Positions 15,264 through 20,000 of a stretch of 20,000 bases of DNA are shown piece by piece. The notes below the pieces were generated by a model. It did not search any database, was not told the DNA's origin, and was given only the letters and a program-made list of their open reading frames with translations. Within the stretch, counting starts at the first letter, position 1. Every line of letters begins with the position of its first letter. A program made the position numbers and the translations under genes. The stretch comes from an uncultured virus (IMG/VR IMGVR_UViG_3300025141_000074) (lineage: Duplodnaviria > Heunggongvirae > Uroviricota > Caudoviricetes), in IMG/VR virus record IMGVR_UViG_3300025141_000074, one strand, 5' to 3'.

Positions 15264-15395
15264 CAAACTCCCTTGCAAACTCCTATTCCAATCTAATTGC
15301 CCATTAATACGAATCAGTTCCCGGGCGCGCACAAACTCCCACAAACTCCTATTCCAATCTAATTGCCTATTAATACGAATCAGTTCCCGGGGGCG
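15262..15395 (+). repeat. Tandem duplication of a ~66-68 bp module
   Basis: 50-bp core 15276-15325 and 15342-15391 differ at one position. Confidence 0.95.
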
Positions 15396-15432
15396 CCTGT
15401 CTTCAGGCACGGCAGTTCAGATTATTAGGCAT

Positions 15433-15460
15433 AAAAAAAGGGCGAACATTGTTCGCCCTT
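15433..15460 (-). terminator. Intrinsic terminator (possibly bidirectional)
   Basis: AAGGGCGAAC-ATT-GTTCGCCCTT with an A-run on the left (U-tract on the minus strand), just downstream of ORF 15482..15769. Confidence 0.85.
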
Positions 15461-15481
15461 CTTATAACTATGTGGATAGGT

Positions 15482-15769
15482 TTACATAGTTAAACCCATT
15501 CTTTTCAAGATGTATCCAACATCACCTTGCAGTCTTTTAATCAAGTCAAGTCTTGCCTCCTTATCTTCTGCAACCCACTCAACGAGTGAGTTCATTAGTA
15601 CACCACTAATTAGTTTCCAATCCATACTGTCTTTTGCAGGAACTTTACTAATCAGTTGTTCCAAGTCTCCAATACTTGCTTGGTCTTTGGAGTATTCTAT
15701 TACTTCCTTCATTACAGGAGTAATATCAACGTTGTTGATTGATTTCGTAGTAGTTAAATCGTTTGGCAT
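15482..15769 (-). CDS. Hypothetical helical protein, stand-alone leftward gene
   Basis: 95 aa, GAAAGGA RBS, own terminator. Confidence 0.8.
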   Translation of the reverse strand: MPNDLTTTKSINNVDITPVMKEVIEYSKDQASIGDLEQLISKVPAKDSMDWKLISGVLMNSLVEWVAEDKEARLDLIKRLQGDVGYILKRMGLTM

Positions 15770-15908
15770 AATTACCTATCCTTTCTATTTCTAATTAATA
15801 GATATCATGCATCATCAACCATTGATATAGCTAAATGCAATTAGTTGTGGATAACTATTGTCAATAGCTAATAGTAGTAAGTTGTGGATAACCTGTGGAT
15901 AACTGCGC

Positions 15909-15985
15909 CCGGGCTCTTATTGCGGCTCACTCCGTTCGCCGCCCGGTCCAGACTCCCAAACTGCGAGGGGGGAACCCCCCTTTCG
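15909..15985. other. Pair of GC-rich DNA hairpins upstream of terL
   Basis: GCGGC-TCACTCCGTTC-GCCGC (15922-15942) and AGGGGGG-AA-CCCCCCT (15966-15981). Confidence 0.6.
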
Positions 15986-16078
15986 ACTTACCTCCTCTAG
16001 AATTTTGCGAAGGCAAGATTGAGAGTGACAATCACCCCAAAAAACGTTATGACTCTTATTTGTAAAAATTTTTAAAAA

Positions 16079-17539
16079 ATGGAAACAGTTTCGAATTTAG
16101 AATCCCTCGATACAAACACGCTCAAGCTACTTTTAAGAAATGAGCTTGCAAGAAAGCAAGAAGCCTCCCAGGCAGATTTTTTAAAATTTGTGAAAGTTGT
16201 TTGGCCAGACTTCATCGAAGGAAAACATCACAAAATTTATGCGGAGAAATTGAACCGTATAGCAAATGGGGACCTAAAAAGGCTTATTGTCAATATGCCT
16301 CCTCGTCATACAAAATCAGAATTTGCTTCACACCTCTTTCCGGCCTTTTATATGGGCCGTCACCCAAAAGCCAAATTAATTCAGACAACACATACTGGGG
16401 AATTAGCCATTCGCTTTGGACGTAAGGCCAAGAACATGATAGAGTCCTCGGATTATGAAAAAGTTTTTCCAGATGTCAGGTTGGCAGCCGATTCAAAAGC
16501 TGCTGGACGTTGGGAGTCTAATCATGGTGGTGAGTATTTTGCTGCTGGTGTGGGTGGTGCTATCACTGGGCGTGGTGCTGATCTCCTTATTATTGATGAT
16601 CCTCATTCGGAACAAGATGCTCTTTCACCACACGTTTTGGAGCAACATTACGAGTGGTACACTTCTGGTCCTCGTCAGCGTTTACAGCCAGGAGGCGCTA
16701 TAGTTCTTGTTATGACAAGATGGTCTGTCAAAGACCTCACTGGTAAATTGCTCGAGGCCCAAGGAAAAAGTGAAATGTCGGACGAGTGGGAGATCGTGGA
16801 ATTTCCTGCCATTATAAAAGATAAACCCATGTGGGGAAATTTCTGGACCATGGACGGATTGCAAGGCGTCAAGGCTTCCATCCCACTAACCAAGTGGCAA
16901 GCACAATGGATGCAGCAGCCTACTTCCGAGGAAGGTGCACTTATAAAACGTGAGTGGTGGCAGATATGGGAAGAGGAAAAGATTCCTCAATTGGAATTTA
17001 TTATTCAGTCCTATGACACAGCATTCTCCAAAAAAGAAACAGCCGATTATTCAGCGATTACGACGTGGGGCATATTTGACCCCGACAACGGAAAGGGAAA
17101 GGCCCTTATCCTGTTGGATGCGAAGCGTGATCGGTGGAATTTTCCGGAGCTAAAAAAGGAGGCCATGGACCAATTTAAGTACTGGGAACCGGAGATGGTT
17201 ATTGTGGAAGCGAAGGCTTCTGGGCTACCATTAACTCATGAGTTGCAAAAGATGGGAATACCTGTTATAAATTTTACACCCTCAAAAGGAAACGATAAAC
17301 ATTCGAGGGTAAACAGCGTGGCTCCACTATTCGAAGCAGGAGCCGTTTGGGCGCCCAAAAAAGATTTCGCTGAAGAGGTTATCGAAGAATGCGCAGCATT
17401 CCCTTTCGGCGACAATGATGACTACGTGGATTCTACCACGCAGGCCTTGATGAAATATAGACAAGGCTACCACGTTATGCTAAAAGATGACTTTGAAGAT
17501 GAGCCAAGTGCTGAAACCGCGGGGAGGGTTTACTACTAA
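16079..17539 (+). CDS. terL: Terminase large subunit
   Basis: VNMPPRHTKS Walker A, LIIDDP Walker B, VMTRW, RNase H-like nuclease SYDTA...IVEAKASG...DDYVDS. Confidence 0.97.
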   Translation: METVSNLESLDTNTLKLLLRNELARKQEASQADFLKFVKVVWPDFIEGKHHKIYAEKLNRIANGDLKRLIVNMPPRHTKSEFASHLFPAFYMGRHPKAKLIQTTHTGELAIRFGRKAKNMIESSDYEKVFPDVRLAADSKAAGRWESNHGGEYFAAGVGGAITGRGADLLIIDDPHSEQDALSPHVLEQHYEWYTSGPRQRLQPGGAIVLVMTRWSVKDLTGKLLEAQGKSEMSDEWEIVEFPAIIKDKPMWGNFWTMDGLQGVKASIPLTKWQAQWMQQPTSEEGALIKREWWQIWEEEKIPQLEFIIQSYDTAFSKKETADYSAITTWGIFDPDNGKGKALILLDAKRDRWNFPELKKEAMDQFKYWEPEMVIVEAKASGLPLTHELQKMGIPVINFTPSKGNDKHSRVNSVAPLFEAGAVWAPKKDFAEEVIEECAAFPFGDNDDYVDSTTQALMKYRQGYHVMLKDDFEDEPSAETAGRVYY

Positions 17540-18519
17540 TGGCAGATTATACAGTATTAGAAAACGCATCGGAAAGAGAACCTAGAACATGGTGGAAGGA
17601 CCCTTTATTTTATAAAGGACTTGGACAATTTCTTCCCACTGTAGGAAAAGATTATTGGAATACCGCCATGTCGTCAGCTGGGGGTGTATCTGATTTTATT
17701 CCTGGACTTAACCTACTTAATCCTGGGGAATTTTTCATAAATAGAATGTTCAGGGATGAAGAGGCGATGGAGTCAGACCCAACGTTCGATATAGTCTCTG
17801 ACAGAGAAATTAAAAAAATTAAAAATGACCCTTATTATGGTCCTCTCTTAGAGGATATGATGGCTGAAGGGGTAACGGAAGATGATGCGATTTTTATGTT
17901 TAAAGCGGCTCCATTCATGAGCCAAGATCCTAACGAATCGTGGCTTGACTGGGCAATGGATGGGCCAGCGTGGAAAGAACGCGCAAAGGCGTTTCCATAT
18001 GTTGGTGGTGATATGTTACAGATGATTGGAAATGAAATATTTCAGCCAAGTTTGGTTGATGATTTTAATCCGTACGCGGAAGGTTTTGGAAAAGCGCGTA
18101 TGTGGGCCAACATCGCTCCTCAAGTTGCCAATATGTATTTTACACGAGGAACTGGCGCACCTATAGTAGGGGTGTCAACTTTGATGAATAAGCTTTCTCC
18201 AAAACTTAGAAAAACAATTCAACAAGGATTACCTGTGACTACAGGTGCACCTAATAAGTGGTCAAAGTTTGGAAGAAACATGGTCCTTCAAGCACCAACT
18301 AATCCTCTTAATCCTTGGGGCATGAATTTTTCAGCAGAAGCGGCTGAGCCAAGTAATATTTCAGATTCATGGGATCGCGACCCAGTAGTATTTGATTCTT
18401 ATATGCAAGACAAATTAAACAATTATAGCCCACCAAAGCCAAAACCAAAACCTAAACCAAGAATAGGAATTGGATTTGGCGACGGCCCAACACATTGGGG
18501 CGGCGGGGATATTGAGTAA
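17539..18519 (+). CDS. Hypothetical, probable virion/ejection protein
   Basis: TAATG-coupled to terL; acidic N-terminal half, PKPKPKPKP low-complexity tail. Function inferred from position only. Confidence 0.6.
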   Translation: MADYTVLENASEREPRTWWKDPLFYKGLGQFLPTVGKDYWNTAMSSAGGVSDFIPGLNLLNPGEFFINRMFRDEEAMESDPTFDIVSDREIKKIKNDPYYGPLLEDMMAEGVTEDDAIFMFKAAPFMSQDPNESWLDWAMDGPAWKERAKAFPYVGGDMLQMIGNEIFQPSLVDDFNPYAEGFGKARMWANIAPQVANMYFTRGTGAPIVGVSTLMNKLSPKLRKTIQQGLPVTTGAPNKWSKFGRNMVLQAPTNPLNPWGMNFSAEAAEPSNISDSWDRDPVVFDSYMQDKLNNYSPPKPKPKPKPRIGIGFGDGPTHWGGGDIE

Positions 18520-18556
18520 TGGACCAAGGACCTTGGAACGAGTTTGAGGGCTAGGG

Positions 18557-20000
18557 ATGGCCATTTGGATCAACATAGCATTAGCAATCCCCAAGGTATT
18601 AAGGGCGGTTTCTAAGAAGGGAATAGATAAGAGCACTATAAAAGGATTGGTCAGAAAACAGCTTTCCGAACAGCCGGAATTCGCCAATAATTATTCGTCA
18701 TTTTTTAAAAAAAGAGTGGATCCTGTAACGGGAAAACCAACTACTACCCAAGGATCTAATTATTCCACAACTTTTGATGATGCATGGAATTCTGATGTAG
18801 TTACAGCTGAATTAAAAAAATTAGGAATTAAGAGAGCCTATAGTGGTAAAGTCACTGGAGTATTGGGCGGAGAAAAAGGGGTTGATAAAGCGACAGGAAA
18901 AATAATTCGTGCCCATTCCGAAGCATCCAAAAAGAAATTTTCTAATAGGGCCTTAGAGCAAATAGAAAAAGGTAAGACAGCAATCCATCCGGATACAGGT
19001 GAAGTAGGTTATCACTCTAATTCCACCTATCAGCATATTATTGATCTCCTTAATTCATCGGAGATGTCGCAAGGAAGTACTTCTTTCGCCAGGGTGCAGC
19101 AAAAATTCGCGAAGGACCTTGGAAAAGGATCTATACAGAAACTTAAAAGCAATGATGAATTTCTAGAAGCTTTTGCTCATCGTCGCGCCGAGGCGCAGAT
19201 GATAAGTCGAGGGCTTCTCGACGACTTTACGCCAGCTGATCAGCTCTTGACCAAGTACGGCAAGCAAGGATGGGGAAGTAAAACTGAGGGTCTTATAAAG
19301 GAAAGACAGGACCTTACGGATCTTCTTTTAGGTCATACAGGAAAAGATAGTGAGGAAATATATAAATTATTGTCTAAAAAGATGGGTCTTACAAAACAGC
19401 AAATGCTTGGCGGAATGGGGCACCAGTATCCTCTGATGCATTTGGCAAGACTCATAGCAGGAAGTGGAAGGCCCAACATGTCCGTGATGAGGGCGATACG
19501 ATTAATGAACAATCCGCAGAACATCAAAGCTGAGCCAAATTTCATGAACATGGCAAAGAGGGGAATTGAGAATTACCTTTATCAAAAACCCCTAGCGTCT
19601 GCGAGTGATTTAGGCATCATTGATAAAATTATGAAACATGGCCAGGTGTCATCTAAATTTTATTCCCCTACGGGAACGCGTCAGCAGATTGGAATGCCTG
19701 GAAGGGAGATTGATCCTAAACAATTACTGGATTATTTGGAGATAATTCAGAAGGACGCTCCGTTTGGGTTCGTGCCAAAAGGAAAGAGATTTCTTCCCAT
19801 AAGAAAATACATAGAAGCTCTTATGGAAGGAAAGCAGAAATGGAATTATCAAGCCGGCGGACTGGTAAGCATCGGATCGAAGATCCTAGCCAAGCTCGCC
19901 AAGAAGCTTTCGGAAAAGGAACTCAAGATGCTCATGGGCTCGCTGTGGAAGGGCGTTGATCCGAAGCAGGCGCCGCACTACAAGGCGTGGGCCAAGAACC
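18557..20000 (+). CDS. Large probable virion protein (3' truncated, >480 aa) with possible HNH/GH-E-like nuclease segment
   Basis: Manual translation is open from ATG 18557 to the window end (absent from the ORF track); MGH...NNPQNIKAE...N...E motif; internal YQAGGLV motif. Confidence 0.8.
   Translation, partial: MAIWINIALAIPKVLRAVSKKGIDKSTIKGLVRKQLSEQPEFANNYSSFFKKRVDPVTGKPTTTQGSNYSTTFDDAWNSDVVTAELKKLGIKRAYSGKVTGVLGGEKGVDKATGKIIRAHSEASKKKFSNRALEQIEKGKTAIHPDTGEVGYHSNSTYQHIIDLLNSSEMSQGSTSFARVQQKFAKDLGKGSIQKLKSNDEFLEAFAHRRAEAQMISRGLLDDFTPADQLLTKYGKQGWGSKTEGLIKERQDLTDLLLGHTGKDSEEIYKLLSKKMGLTKQQMLGGMGHQYPLMHLARLIAGSGRPNMSVMRAIRLMNNPQNIKAEPNFMNMAKRGIENYLYQKPLASASDLGIIDKIMKHGQVSSKFYSPTGTRQQIGMPGREIDPKQLLDYLEIIQKDAPFGFVPKGKRFLPIRKYIEALMEGKQKWNYQAGGLVSIGSKILAKLAKKLSEKELKMLMGSLWKGVDPKQAPHYKAWAKN

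Larger units (their letters stand above)
13952..15395 (+). repeat. Iterated AAACTCC / CCGGG-GC-palindrome module (7 units)
   Basis: AAACTCC at 13952, 13960, 14050, 14058, 14504, 14512, 14594, 14925, 14935, 15265, 15277, 15333, 15343; CCGGG(C/G)GC boxes at 14013, 14118, 14571, 14653, 14987, 15321, 15387. Confidence 0.85.
14170..15902. promoter_or_regulatory. Cluster of seven perfect DnaA boxes (TTATCCACA)
   Basis: TGTGGATAA at 14170, 14543, 14554, 15846, 15883, 15894; TTATCCACA at 15035; 8/9 match at 15471. Confidence 0.85.

Noticed and set aside
13952..15395. CRISPR array interpretation of the repeats
   Set aside because: Conserved parts are only 7-14 bp, spacing is irregular, the one long repeat duplicates its interior too, and no cas genes are present.
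15256..15489. 77-aa ORF with an internal peptide repeat
   Set aside because: By-product of the DNA tandem duplication; TTG start inside an RNA stem, no RBS, runs through a terminator.
18519..18554. 11-codon mini-ORF MDQGPWNEFEG coupled to the previous stop
   Set aside because: Too short to support; may be only a spacer or gene remnant.
1..20000. tRNA, rRNA, integrase, IS elements, stop-codon reassignment
   Set aside because: No cloverleaf or rRNA-like stretch, no recombinase or transposase motif seen, and core genes translate intact with the standard bacterial code.

Overview
Segment of a tailed dsDNA phage genome, most likely a marine podovirus-type phage of an alphaproteobacterial host (GcrA homologue, Leu762 PolA plus UvrD layout reminiscent of HTVC023P-type pelagiphages; host and taxonomy are inference). 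Order: replication block (primase C-terminus, HNH endonuclease, UvrD helicase, DUF6378-like, PolA), GH73 hydrolase, accessory block (PP-loop/PAPS-reductase-like Cys-rich enzyme, 2OG-Fe(II) oxygenase, GcrA-like, SufE), an inverted cluster of small membrane/exported proteins, a promoter with a highly structured ~200-nt leader RNA, many small early-type genes (excisionase-like HTH, RHH-like, LexA DNA-binding domain), TerS, a PD-(D/E)xK nuclease, a ~2.1-kb mostly non-coding control region, TerL and two probable virion proteins. The control region between TerS and TerL is the most unusual part. It has seven iterations of an AAACTCC-doublet / CCGGG-GC-palindrome module bracketing single small genes or RNAs that each have their own sigma70 promoter, seven perfect DnaA boxes, and two further candidate structured RNAs. 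All calls are from motif reading by eye; no searches were run.
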